A stretch of 64,000 bases of DNA from an uncultured bacterium (GTDB taxonomy: Bacteria > Patescibacteriota > Minisyncoccia > UBA6257 > 2-01-FULL-56-20), in assembly GCA_963768625.1 (NCBI GenBank), contig CAVYIK010000003.1:454715-518714 (forward strand). Reading direction: 5' to 3'. The notes below the pieces were generated by a model, which did no database searches, was not told the DNA's origin, and worked only from the letters and a program-made list of their open reading frames with translations. Positions 1 through 9,796 of this stretch are shown here, one piece after another; the first letter of the stretch is position 1, and the number at the start of each line of letters is the position of its first letter. Both the position numbers and the translations under genes were made by a program.

Positions 1-178
1 TAGACCAGTCTAGATATCAGATCACTTTTTCTGTCCTAGGATTGGGCAAGTAATACCAACGCTGTTCGAAGATCGTCCAGGCCGATGGCAGTTTGAAATC
101 GTTTTATTTCAATTTAATTTTCGTTTGTTACTATAGCGGGATGGCCGCGAAGCGAGGCCGGAACATTAAGAGAAAAAA

Positions 179-751
179 GTGGTTTATATAAATGAATGGC
201 TGCCGAACCCTACAGGCGTGGATGCGAAGGGCGAATTCGCCGAACTTTATAACAGCGGCAGTGTTGCGATCAGCTTGAGTGGATGGATTTTGAAAACCGA
301 GAATGGGAAAAAGTTTTCGCTTGCGGGCCGGAGCGTCCCAGCGCATGGGTATCTCTTACTCCCGCGGAGCACTACAAAGTTGCCCTTACGGAATACCGAT
401 GGCGGATTGTTTCTTTACGGCCCGGGAGGCGCGCTCGTTGATTCGGGAAATTTTTTAGGGACCGCGCCTGAGGGGCAAAGTTTCTCGCGCATTGATTACC
501 GCACGGGCCCCGCACAGCATTTTGCGTTCGTGGATCCTACGCCCGGCGCGCCGAACAAGACCATGGGCGCCGCGATTGCGGTCAACGAATATCCAAGAGG
601 GATCCCTCTTAGCCGTCCATTGGAAAATTCGCAATTTTTCGCCATAATGATGGGAACCGCAGCGCTCATTACGGGACTCCTTATTTACGTCATTAGATCT
701 AATGAAGACCTATCAAAGCTTTTCCTCGAAGGAGACAAAAAAACTGGGTGA
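179..751 (+). CDS. Lamin-tail-domain (LTD) protein with C-terminal membrane anchor
   Basis: 190-aa ORF. INEWLPNPTGVDAKGEFAELYN...LSGWIL is the LTD signature. Hydrophobic helix FFAIMMGTAALITGLLIYVI lies near the C-terminus. GTG start, so the true N-terminus is uncertain. Confidence 0.6.
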   Translation: MVYINEWLPNPTGVDAKGEFAELYNSGSVAISLSGWILKTENGKKFSLAGRSVPAHGYLLLPRSTTKLPLRNTDGGLFLYGPGGALVDSGNFLGTAPEGQSFSRIDYRTGPAQHFAFVDPTPGAPNKTMGAAIAVNEYPRGIPLSRPLENSQFFAIMMGTAALITGLLIYVIRSNEDLSKLFLEGDKKTG

Positions 752-1208
752 AAAACTTGCGAGAGAGATCGCGGCCGCGGCGCCGCGACGCAATAAAAAG
801 AAGGGTGCGCTCGTTTTTGCCCTGCAGGGCGAGCTCGGCGCAGGAAAAACGACCTTCGTGCAAGGTTTTTTCGGCGGCCTCGGCCTTCGGAAGCGCGCGC
901 CAAGTCCGACATTCATCATCATGCGCCGACATGCTTTGCCGCGCCGGAAGGGGCGCCACCGCAATCCCCGGGGGACCCGGGCATTTTCGAACGTTTTTCA
1001 CGTGGACGCCTACCGCCTCAAAAAGGCAGCCGACCTTAAAATGCTCGGCGTTAAGGACATCGCAGCCGACCCCGCGAACATCATTCTCGTTGAGTGGGCG
1101 GACCGCGTGCGGAGCATCATTCCTAAAAATGCGCAGTGGCTGCGATTTGAGCACGGCAAGCGGGAAAATGAAAGGCGTATTATCATGAAACAGCAACCGC
1201 ACGCATGA
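702..1208 (+). CDS. tsaE: tRNA t6A37 biosynthesis ATPase TsaE (YjeE)
   Basis: Intact 168-aa ORF. Walker A GELGAGKTTFVQG plus SPTF, HVDAYRL and ILVEWA motifs are typical of TsaE. Confidence 0.8.
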   Translation: MKTYQSFSSKETKKLGEKLAREIAAAAPRRNKKKGALVFALQGELGAGKTTFVQGFFGGLGLRKRAPSPTFIIMRRHALPRRKGRHRNPRGTRAFSNVFHVDAYRLKKAADLKMLGVKDIAADPANIILVEWADRVRSIIPKNAQWLRFEHGKRENERRIIMKQQPHA

Positions 1209-2172
1209 AAACACTTCTCCTTATCGACGCGAACTCCATCATCCACCGCTCGTTCCATGCGTTGCCGCCATTCACGACGCCCGACGGCAGGCCGTCGGGC
1301 GCGATCTATGGCATCGCGAGTATCCTCCTTAAATTGTGGCGCGAAGAACGTTCGGATTACGTCGCGGCGCTTTTTGACCGGCCGGAGCCGACATTCCGCG
1401 ACAAGATCTATGCCGAGTATAAAGCGCAGCGGCCGCCGGCGCCGAACGAGCTCATTTCCCAGATAATCGAGGCGCGCAAGCTTTTCGACGCATTCGGCGA
1501 TAAAGACGTTTGAGAAAGCGGGGTTTGAGGCGGACGACCTCATCGCCACGTTCGCGGAAAAATTCAAGAAAGAAAAAGATTTGCAGGTAGTCATCTTGAC
1601 CGGCGACAGAGACACACTTCAGCTCGTCACGGACGCAAAGATCGTCGTGCGGACATTCAATAAGGGCGTGAGCGATACGACTATTTATGACGAGAAGGCG
1701 GTGGCGGAGAAATATGGCCTCAATCCGTCGCAGCTCATTGACTATAAATCGCTCGTCGGCGATGCGTCGGACAACGTGAAGGGCGTGCCGGGCGTGGGGC
1801 CGAAGACGGCCACCGACCTTCTTAAAAAATTCGGAAGCTTGGAAAAGATATATGAAGCCCTTCCGTCCGATCCGAAGCTCGAGAAAAGATTCGGGCCTTA
1901 TCGGAAGGAGGCGGAGCTTTCCGGACGAACTCGTGACGCTCGAAAGGAAAGTGCCGGTGGAGATGCCCGGCCTTCACGCACTTGTTTCTCAAAGCGAGCC
2001 GCCCGCGCTGCAGCAGTATTTTGAAGAGATGGGTTTCGCTACGCTTTTGAAACGTCTTTTGAACAAGGAGCCGATTCCGCCGCGAAGCCGGCGAAGCCAA
2101 AAGCCGAGGGCCCCAAAAGCGTCCAAGGAACAATATTCTAAGGGCAAGGCGACCTGGGGTGGTGTAGAATGA
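1205..2172 (+). CDS. Stand-alone 5'-3' exonuclease (FEN / Pol I N-terminal domain homologue), frameshifted in this assembly
   Basis: Fragments 1205-1513, 1581-2024 and 1852-2172 lie in three frames. Motifs: LLIDANSIIHRSFHA, GFEADDLIA (readable only after the break near 1497), LTGDRDTLQL and the H3TH motif GDASDNVKGVPGVGPKTA. No polymerase domain follows. Confidence 0.75.
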
Positions 2173-2181
2173 AAGAAAGCC

Positions 2182-3511
2182 GTGAACCGGGGAATATCAA
2201 AATTTAAAGAAGTTATCCTCTGGCCGGAATTTCAGGTGGCCTGGATCCTGCTTGCCGTGATTATTGTGGCGTTCGTGCTTGACGCGATGGTCTTTACGAA
2301 CAATATACTGCTTCTCATCGCGGGAGGGCTCCTTGCCATCGTTTTCGTGCTCGTTGTGCTTACCGCTTATAAGGCGGCGCGGACCGACCGCGATACAAAA
2401 ATAGAGCGGAGCGAACTGAACAGCATCCTGGGTAGCCTGGACGACGCGCTCATCGTCTACGACGAGAATTTCCGGGCGATCTTTTTCAATCCTGCCGCCG
2501 AGCGCATCTTCAAGATCACCGGCGAAGAAAGTGCTGGGGCACAAGTTTGCTCCGCAGGATGTGGAGCGCCAGGGATGGCGGACGCTCATCCAGGTCATTT
2601 TCCCGTCGCTCGCGCCGCGCGTCATCTCGCGCTCAAAAGAAGGCGAGTATCCGCAAGTGGTGGACGTTTCCTTTACCGACCCGCAACTTGAGTTCCGCGT
2701 GACGACGGCGCCGATCAACGGCGACGAATGGGCACACGCTCGCGTTCATGAAGATCGTCCGCGACCGCACGGCGCAGATCGCGGCGCTCCGTTCGCGGAG
2801 CGAGTTCGTGACCGTCGCTTCGCACCAGCTCCGCGGGCCCGTCACGGACATCAACTGGGCGCTTGAATCGCTTGCGCCACGCAACCGGGCTTTCGGAGAG
2901 CAACAAGCTTATCGTTGCGAACGCGCTCGCGGCGAGCCAGGGGCTTCTCCGCCGCATCGAGGGCTTGCTGAACATCTCAAAAATGGAAGAAGGGCAGTTC
3001 GGATATCAGTTTGAAGAAACGAATATAGTGGATTTTGTCGGGAAGATCCTGGCGGACGTTCTGCCTGCCGCGCGCAAAGCAGGAGTAAAGATCTATTTCG
3101 ACCGGCCGGCAGGGGGACTGCCGCGCGTCATGATCGATCCGAACCGGCTCTCGCTCGCGCTCACGAATATTCTGGAGAATGCAGTCCGCTATAACGTGGA
3201 GAACGGCGAGGTCATCGTGAAGGTGGACGTCATGCCCGGCAAGCCATTCCTGGAGGTGAGCGTCAAGGATACCGGCATCGGCATCCCGCCGGAAGCGATA
3301 GAAAAGATTTTCAGCAAGTTCTACCGGGCGGACAACGCCATGAAGTCTCCAGACCGAGGGGTCGGGGCTCGGCCTCTACATCGCAAAGAGCATCATGGCC
3401 GCCCACGGCGGCGAGATCTGGGTGGAATCGGAGCTCAACCGCGGCACGACGGTTCATTTCACCCTTCCGACCGACCCGAACCTTGATCCCCAGGCGCGAA
3501 GTTGGGCTTGA
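2182..3511 (+). CDS. Membrane sensor histidine kinase (PAS-like + HisKA + HATPase_c), frameshifted
   Basis: Fragments 2182-2691, 2531-2866, 2748-3014 and 2863-3486, plus a final frame to 3511. Two N-terminal TM helices. H-box SHQLRGP, N-box NAVRYN, DTGIGI, and [24 protein letters not shown] (seen only after a frame switch). No response regulator is adjacent. Confidence 0.75.
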
Positions 3512-3551
3512 CGGAGGTTTTCTAATGGGATGCAGTAATCAGTAAATCTGC

Positions 3552-5211
3552 ATGGGCGCACAAGCGAAGGAACCGAAATATATTTTTATTGTCGGAGGCG
3601 TGATGTCGGGCGTCGGGAAGGGCGTCGCTTCGGCATCCATCGGAAAAATTTTGCAGTCGCGCGGCCTCGAGGTGACCTCCATCAAGATCGATCCCTATGT
3701 GAACGTTGACGCGGGCACCATGAACCCCACCGAACACGGTGAGGTTTTTGTTTTGGATGACGGCACGGAGTGCGACCAGGATATGGGGAACTACGAGCGC
3801 TTCTTGGACCGCGATCTCTCCGGCGCGAACTATATGACGACGGGGAGCATCTATAAAGCGGTCATCGAGCGCGAGCGGCGCATGGAATACGGCGGCAAAT
3901 GCGTTGAGGTGGTGCCGCACATCCCGCTGGAGGTGATCGACCGCATTGAACCGCGCCGCGGCGAAGGCGAAAGCGGACCTCGTGATCACGGAGATCGGCG
4001 GCACGGTCGGCGAATACCAGAATATTCTTTTTCTGGAAGCGATCCGCATGCTGCAGATCGAGCATCCGGAGGACGTGCTGCTCGTGCTCGTGAGCTATCT
4101 GCCGATTATGAGCGACGAGAACGAGCTGAAGACGAAGCCGACACAGTACGCGGTGCGCTCGCTGAATTCCGCGGGCTTCAGCCGGACATCATCCTCGCGC
4201 GCGCGAAGCATCCGCTCGACGAAAAGCGCAAAGAGAAGATCGCGTTCAACTGCAATCTTGCGCGAGAAGGACATCATTTCCGCGCCGGACGTGTCGAGCT
4301 TATACGACGTGCCGATCAATTTTGAAAAGGATAATCTCGGCAATTTGCATCTTGGAAAAGCTTGGCATCCGTGCGCGCGAAGAAGGATCTGAAGGAATGG
4401 CGGCGCCTTGCGGACCGCATCCACGATGCGAAGGAGCGTGTGAAGATCGGCATCGTCGGAAAATATTTTTCGAGCGGAAAGTTCGTCCTCGCCGATTCGT
4501 ACATTTCCGTGATCGAGGCGATCAAGCATTCGTGCGGCGTACTGGAAAGTGAGGCCGGAGATCGAATGGCTGGAGTCGGAACAATTTGAGAACGGGAAGC
4601 GGCCGACTTCGCGCGAACTTGAACGATATGACGGCATCATCGTTCCCGGCGGCTTCGGAAGCCGCGGCATCGAAGGGAAACTGGCCGCCATCCGCTATTG
4701 CCGCGAGAACAAGATCCCGTATCTCGGGCCTTTGCTACGGCATGCAGCTCGCCGTCGTGGAATTCGCCCGGGACGTCCTGAAGCTCGAAGGCGCGAATAC
4801 CACCGAGATCGATCCGAAGACGAAATATCCCGGTGATCGACATCCTGCCGGAGCAGAAGAAGCTGATGGCGGAGAAAAAATATGGCGGGACGATGCGGCT
4901 CGGCGCCTATCCGGCGGTGCTTGCGAAGGGGAGCATCGCGGAGACGGCATACGGCAAGACGAAGATCTCCGAGCGGCACCGCCACCGCTACGAAGTGAAT
5001 CCCGCATTCATCAAAAGGCTCGAGAAAGCGGGGATGGTGTTTTCCGGCCAGTCGCCCGACCGCCGCCTCATGGAGGTGATGGAGCTTCCCGCGCGAAAGC
5101 CATCCGTTCTTTGTGGGCTCGCAGTTCCATCCCGAGCTCAAGTCCCGCCCGCTCTGGCCGCATCCGCTTTTCCGCGAGTTCATGAAGGCCGCCGCGAAGC
5201 GGAAGCGCTAA
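3552..5211 (+). CDS. pyrG: CTP synthase, heavily frameshifted in this assembly
   Basis: Motifs [36 protein letters not shown], glutaminase [15 protein letters not shown] and FHPE. The protein reconstructs only by switching frame about 8 times across fragments 3552-4325, 3946-4392, 4362-4589, 4549-4836, 4586-5185 and 4833-5363. Confidence 0.9.
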
Positions 5212-6000
5212 TGTTCATCTTTTTGTACGGTCCGGACGATTACCGCCGGCTCAAAAAAAAGAACGGGATCATCGCTGAGTTTGGAAAGAAACATTCTGGC
5301 CTCGGGCTCGGCCGTTGTTTTCGCGCTTCGAGGGCGCCACAGATGCACTCTTTGAATTCTTGAGGAACCAGTCAATATTTGAAACCGCAAAGCTCGCGGT
5401 TATTGAAAACGCGTTTGAGATGGAGCCGAAAAACTTGCGAAAGTTTTGAAGCCGCTCGTTACCGAGAAAAGCACCACATCCTCATCGCGGAAAAAGAGAA
5501 GCCAGTGAAGGCGCTCGCGTTCCTGCTTGAAAAGCCGTCGCTCGCCCAAAAATTCGAAAACCTTGAGGGCGCCGAGTGGACGCATTCATAAAACGGAGGC
5601 AAAAGGGTGGTGTTCGCGCTTGCCGACGCCGCCGCGCAGTTTTCGGGACGGTTTACCAGGGAAACTCATGGGCGCTTGTGACGGAGCTCGAAACTGAGCG
5701 CGCTCGCTGCGGCGGGCAGCGGCGTGGCGCGACGATCGAGAAAAAGGACCTGGAGTGCTTGACCTTGAGGCCGCGCCGAACTACTGGGGGCTTCTGAACG
5801 GCATGAAGAGCTTTGACGCGCGGACCCGCCTGTACGCGCTTGAGAAACTTTTTCGCCATCGAACGACCCGCCGCCAAAAATATTCAATATTCTAGCTGCG
5901 CAAGCCGGCGAAAAAACCCCGCGCATGGCGGAGTATGACCTTGCGGTGAAGTCCGGGAAGCTGGAATACGAAGAAGTTTTGCTTGACCTCGTGCTGCGCT
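5211..6000 (+). CDS. holA: DNA polymerase III delta subunit-like (HolA-like), frameshifted; 3' end uncertain
   Basis: The ATG overlaps the pyrG stop (TAATG). [17 protein letters not shown]... resembles HolA N-termini. Later pieces ([47 protein letters not shown]) lie in different frames. The call comes from general family resemblance only. Confidence 0.4.
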
Positions 6001-6233
6001 GCGCAAGCCGCATTTCAGGCGCGATGCTTTGTTCTTTTCGATCACCTTCGTTTTCGCCGCTTTATCGAGGGCCTTAAAGACCACGGGGCACACTTCCGTG
6101 CTTCATCACGCTTTTTGCGGCGATGAGTTTGCGGTAGTTCACCACCTTTTTATATTCTCTTTCTTGACCAGATTCCCCGCGTGCCGCGTCCGGTTCTGGC
6201 GCAGGCCTTTTTCGCTGATGAAGTGATTGGCAT
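5990..6233 (-). CDS. rpsT: 30S ribosomal protein S20, frameshifted; 3' end approximate
   Basis: Minus-strand reading gives MPITSSAKK, then LRQNRTRHAGNLVKKENIK, then VVNYRKLIAAK, then ALDKAAKTKVIEKNKASRLK spread over three frames. This is a typical S20 sequence. Confidence 0.6.
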
Positions 6234-6273
6234 ATAGGGCAGTATACTCAATTTGAAAAAAAGCGCAAGACGT

Positions 6274-6279
6274 TATAAT
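6274..6279 (+). promoter_or_regulatory. -10 box TATAAT 6 nt upstream of the ruvA ATG (leaderless-type promoter)
   Basis: gacgtTATAATgaaatcATG. No Shine-Dalgarno sequence fits between the box and the ATG. Confidence 0.4.
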
Positions 6280-6285
6280 GAAATC

Positions 6286-6867
6286 ATGCTCTACAGCGTC
6301 TCCGGAAAATTGGCTTTGAAATCGGACCATTTCGCCGTCATTGAAGCGGGAGGGCTGGGATTGAAGGTCGCGAGAGCGGGCGGACGATCGCGGCGCTTGC
6401 CGCACCGGGCGCCGCGGTCAAAATCTTCACGTACCTGCATGTGCGTGAGGACGCGCTGGACCTCTACGGCTTTTTAAACGAAAAGGAACTTACGTTTTTT
6501 GAGATGCTCATCTCGGTCTCGGGCGTCGGGCCAAAATCGGCGCTTGCGATCCTGGACGTGGCAAGCTCGACGAATTTTCCGCCGCGATCAAAGAAGGCCG
6601 GCCGGACCTTCTCACGCGCGCCTCGGGCATCGGCCGGAAGACAGCGGAGCGGATCATCGTAGAATTAAAAACAAAAGTGCAATCGGCGAAATCGGGGCTC
6701 GATCGTCGAAAAAATGGAAGACAGATGCGGACATTGTTGGAGGCGCTCATGGGCCTTGGCTATCGGCGCGAGGAAGCGCGCGCGGCGCTCGCGAAGGTTG
6801 ACCCGAAGCTGCGTGAGCATGGAAGAGCGGCTCAAGGCCGCGCTCGGGATCCTCGGGAAACGAAATC
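6286..6867 (+). CDS. ruvA: Holliday junction DNA helicase subunit RuvA, frameshifted; stop not resolved
   Basis: MLYSVSGKL...[58 protein letters not shown] and domain [21 protein letters not shown] are spread over 3 frames. Confidence 0.75.
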
Positions 6868-8150
6868 ATGGAGAAGGAAAAAATTCCCCCTCGTCCAATT
6901 TTTCTATAATCTCCCGGGCGGCCCGTCGACGTACCATTTTCTGTGGGCGTGGCTCGGCGCGAAGGGCGCACAAACATCCGAGCAGGAAAATATTCGTGAT
7001 CGGCGTCACGGGCACCAAAGGGAAGACGACTACGCTCGAACTTTTGAATGCAATTCTTGAGGCGGCGGGCAAGCGGACGGCGCTTCTTTCTTCGCTCCGC
7101 GTGAAGATCGGCGACGAGAGCCAGAAAAATCCGAAAGGGAATTCCATGCCGGGGCAGGGCGTATATCCAGGATTTTCTCGCGCGAGCGGTACGGGCGAAG
7201 TGCGGCTATGCGCTTATCGAGGTGACCTCGCAGGGGTGGCGCAGCACCGCCACCGTTTCATTGATTGGAACATGGGCGCGATCACAAATCTTGCGCCGGA
7301 GCATATCGAATCCCACGGCTCGTTTGAAAATTACCGGAAGCGAAGCTGGATTTCCTAATACGTCATTAAAAAAGGCGGCAAGGTGTTTTTGAACCGCGAC
7401 GACGCACAATTCGATTTTTTCGCCGCGGCGCTCGGCAGACGAAAAGACCCTATCGTATTCGCGCGAAGACGATTGGCTCCGGAACTATCTTCCTCGCCTG
7501 CAGCCCGTCCGTTCGGCCTCCGGCAGCGCTTTCAGGTTCCTCTTGAGCGGTTCAATGAGGAAAATATCGCCGTTGCCGTCGCGATCGCAAGGGAGCTTGG
7601 CATAGGCGACTCCGCGATCGGCGAAGCGCTCGCGGGCTTCCGGGGCGTTCCGGGGAGGATGGAGTTCGTTGAAGAGGGGCCCTACACCGCGATTGTCGAC
7701 TATGCGCACACGCCCGACTCGCTTGAGGCGGCGTACAAGGCCGCGAAGCCCACGCCCTACTGGAAACTATCCGGCGCCCCGCCTGATCTGCGTCCTCGGG
7801 GCCGCGGGCGGCGGCCGCGATAAATGGAAGCGCCCCCAGTTCGGGAAGATCGCCGCGGAATATTGCGACGAGATCATCCTTACGGATGAAGATCCTTACG
7901 ATGAAGATCCGACAGTTGTCGTGAAGGAGATTCGGTCCGGCATCCTGGGTGGCGATCCGGAACTTGCGAATGTGCACGAAGTGCTTGACCGCCGGGAGGC
8001 GATAAAAAAAGCGGTCGCGCTTGCGCGCCCGGGCGACGTCATGATCGGCACCGGCAAGGGAAGCGAAGATTGGATCCACGTTGCGCACGGCAAAAAAGTG
8101 CCATGGAACGAACGGCGGGTTTTTGAAGAAGCTCTTAGAGAAAAAGAAGC
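6868..8150 (+). CDS. Mur ligase family protein (MurE-like UDP-N-acetylmuramyl-peptide ligase), frameshifted; 3' end uncertain
   Basis: P-loop IGVTGTKGKTTT, plus NLAPEHIESHGSFENY, DYAHTPDSLEAAY, VLGAAGGGRDKWKR and ILTDEDPYDEDP. At least 5 frame changes. The last frame runs open to 8340 through a probable RNA gene. Confidence 0.65.
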
Positions 8151-8178
8151 CCAACCTACTTGGAGCAGTAGGTTGGGC
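8141..8178 (-). terminator. Rho-independent terminator (minus strand)
   Basis: Perfect 12-bp stem, gcccaacctact (8149-8160) with agtaggttgggc (8167-8178), and a 6-nt loop. Followed on the minus strand by TTCTTTTT. Confidence 0.65.
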
Positions 8179-8406
8179 CGATGCCAGTCATCGAGCCGAA
8201 TAGGAGACTTTTCATTAGATGTGAATGTTCGGTTCCACCTCCCTCCTGGACGACGTCGGTCGCCACGTTTTAGGGGGCTATCCCTGGGAGCTCGAGGCTC
8301 CGTTGGCCTCGTGGGCATAAGAAGCTTCGCTTGGTACTGACGGTTGAAGTTCAGTTCGTGGTTCAAGTTCGCCGGTGCCTCCTCATTGGCGAAGAGTCGC
8401 GATACT
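8141..8406 (-). ncRNA. Candidate ~260-nt structured ncRNA of unknown family (6S-like is one possibility)
   Basis: Own extended -10 promoter (TGTTATAAT, 8413-8421 minus) and own terminator. 8379-8390 pairs with 8195-8206, closing a ~170-nt domain. Internal hairpin GGAGCCTCGAGCTCC. The only ORF here (part of 7896-8519 minus) is low-complexity and lacks an RBS. Confidence 0.35.
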
Positions 8407-8412
8407 GTTTTC

Positions 8413-8421
8413 ATTATAACA
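8413..8421 (-). promoter_or_regulatory. Extended -10 promoter (TGTTATAAT) for the candidate ncRNA
   Basis: Minus strand reads tttGTTATAATgaaaacag. The -35 is weak. Confidence 0.4.
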
Positions 8422-8424
8422 AAC

Positions 8425-8433
8425 TGATATAAT
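8425..8433 (+). promoter_or_regulatory. Extended -10 promoter (TGATATAAT) 7 nt upstream of the beta-CASP hydrolase ATG
   Basis: acTGATATAATaaaccgtATG. Divergent with the ncRNA promoter. Confidence 0.4.
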
Positions 8434-8440
8434 AAACCGT

Positions 8441-9792
8441 ATGAAATTGACTTTTTACGGCGGGGTGGGCGAGGTGACGGGATCGAACTACTTCTTGAAT
8501 CCGGCGGGACGAAGATCATGGTGGATTGCGGGCTGCACCAGGGGAGCCACTACGCCGAGCGGGAGAATTTTGAGCCGTTTCCGTACGATCCGAAGGAGAT
8601 TACGCGCCGTTTTCGTCACGCACTCGCACCTTGACCATACCGGCCGCCTGCCGTCGCTCGTGCAGGCGGGTTTCAAGGGAACGATCTATTCCACGCGCGC
8701 GACGAAGGATTTTGCGGAATTGATGCTCCTTGACTCGGAACATATTCTTGAGCAGGAGGCGGAGCGCGAAGAGCGCCCGCCGCTTTACACGACGGAGGAT
8801 ATCATGCAGGCGCGGCAGCATTGGGAAGGGCTGCGCTACCACGCGCCGGTCGCAGGTAGGCCCTTTCACGGTGGAACTTTTTGACGCGGGGCACATTCTC
8901 GGCTCGGCGATCATAAAAGTACGCGCAGAAGGGAAGACGATCGTTTTTTCCGGTGATCTCGGCAATTCACCGGCGCCGATCATCCAGCCCACGGAACACG
9001 ATTGATGCGGCGGATTATTGCCTCATCGAATCCACCTACGGCGACCGCGTGCACGAGAACGTTGACCGGCCGCGAGGAACAACTGGAGGACGTCGTGGAA
9101 GATACGGTGAAGGCGGGCGGCACGCTCATGATCCCGACGTTCGCGATGGAGCGAACGCAGGAATTGCTCTATCACCTGCACCAGCTTTTCGAGGGGGGCC
9201 GCATCCCGCGCGTGCCGGTATTCATCGACAGCCCGCTCGCGATCAAGCTCACCGCGGTCTATAAAAAATATGAAAGCTATTTCAACGCCGAGACGCAGCA
9301 CATCGCGAAGTCCGGCGAGGACATCCTGAACTTCCCCGGCCTGCGCCTCACGCTCACCACCGAGCAGTCAAAGGAGATCAACGACGTCCCGCCGCCGAAG
9401 ATCGTGATCGCCGGTTCCGGCATGTCGAACGGCGGGCGCATCCTGCACCATGAGCAGCGCTATCTTCCCGATCCGAAGAGCACGATTTTGTTTATCGGTT
9501 ACCAGGCGAAGGGAACGCTCGGCCGCGCAGATTATGGACGGCGCGAAGGAGGTGCGCATCTTTGGCGAAAAGGTGCCCGTGCGATGCAAGAAGGTGAACA
9601 TCCCCGGCTATTCCGCGCATGCGGACCAGCCGCTGCTCCTCGCATGGCTCACGCCCATGCGCCATTCGCTCAAAAAGGTATTCGTGGTGCAGGGCGAGGA
9701 ACAGTCAAGCGAGCGCCCTTGCGCGGAAGATCGTGGACGATTTTGCCGTCGAAGCCGAAGTGCCGAAACCGGGCGAAACCGTGATATTATAG
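8441..9792 (+). CDS. MBL-fold beta-CASP RNA-metabolising hydrolase (CPSF/RNase J-like), frameshifted
   Basis: HxHxDH motif VTHSHLDHTGRLP, plus DAGHILGSA, IESTYGDRVH, MIPTFAMERTQELLY and the C-terminal YSAHADQ motif. Fragments 8441-8884, 8730-9005, 8953-9264, 9002-9784 and 9450-9965 must be joined, with a final frame to 9792. Confidence 0.75.
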
Positions 9793-9796
9793 AAGC

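Noticed and set aside
3552-5211. Whether the multiple frame changes in pyrG and other core genes could be programmed ribosomal frameshifting or true pseudogenes.
   Set aside because: There are too many shifts per gene, in both directions, without slippery heptamers or stimulatory structures. The three breakpoints I resolved to the base sit at short C/G runs, and the genes are essential. Sequence or assembly error is the parsimonious explanation.
8141-8406. RNase P RNA, SRP RNA or a second tmRNA as the identity of the candidate ncRNA.
   Set aside because: It lacks the P4 GAGGAAAGUCC-type motif, the SRP domain-IV GGAA-tetraloop/AGCA signature, and any tRNA-like acceptor/T-arm.
7896-8519. A 207-aa minus-strand ORF spanning the Mur-ligase 3' end, the intergenic region and the start of the beta-CASP gene.
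   Set aside because: Low-complexity sequence with no RBS. It overlaps two real genes, and the central part is better explained as a promoter/terminator-bounded ncRNA.
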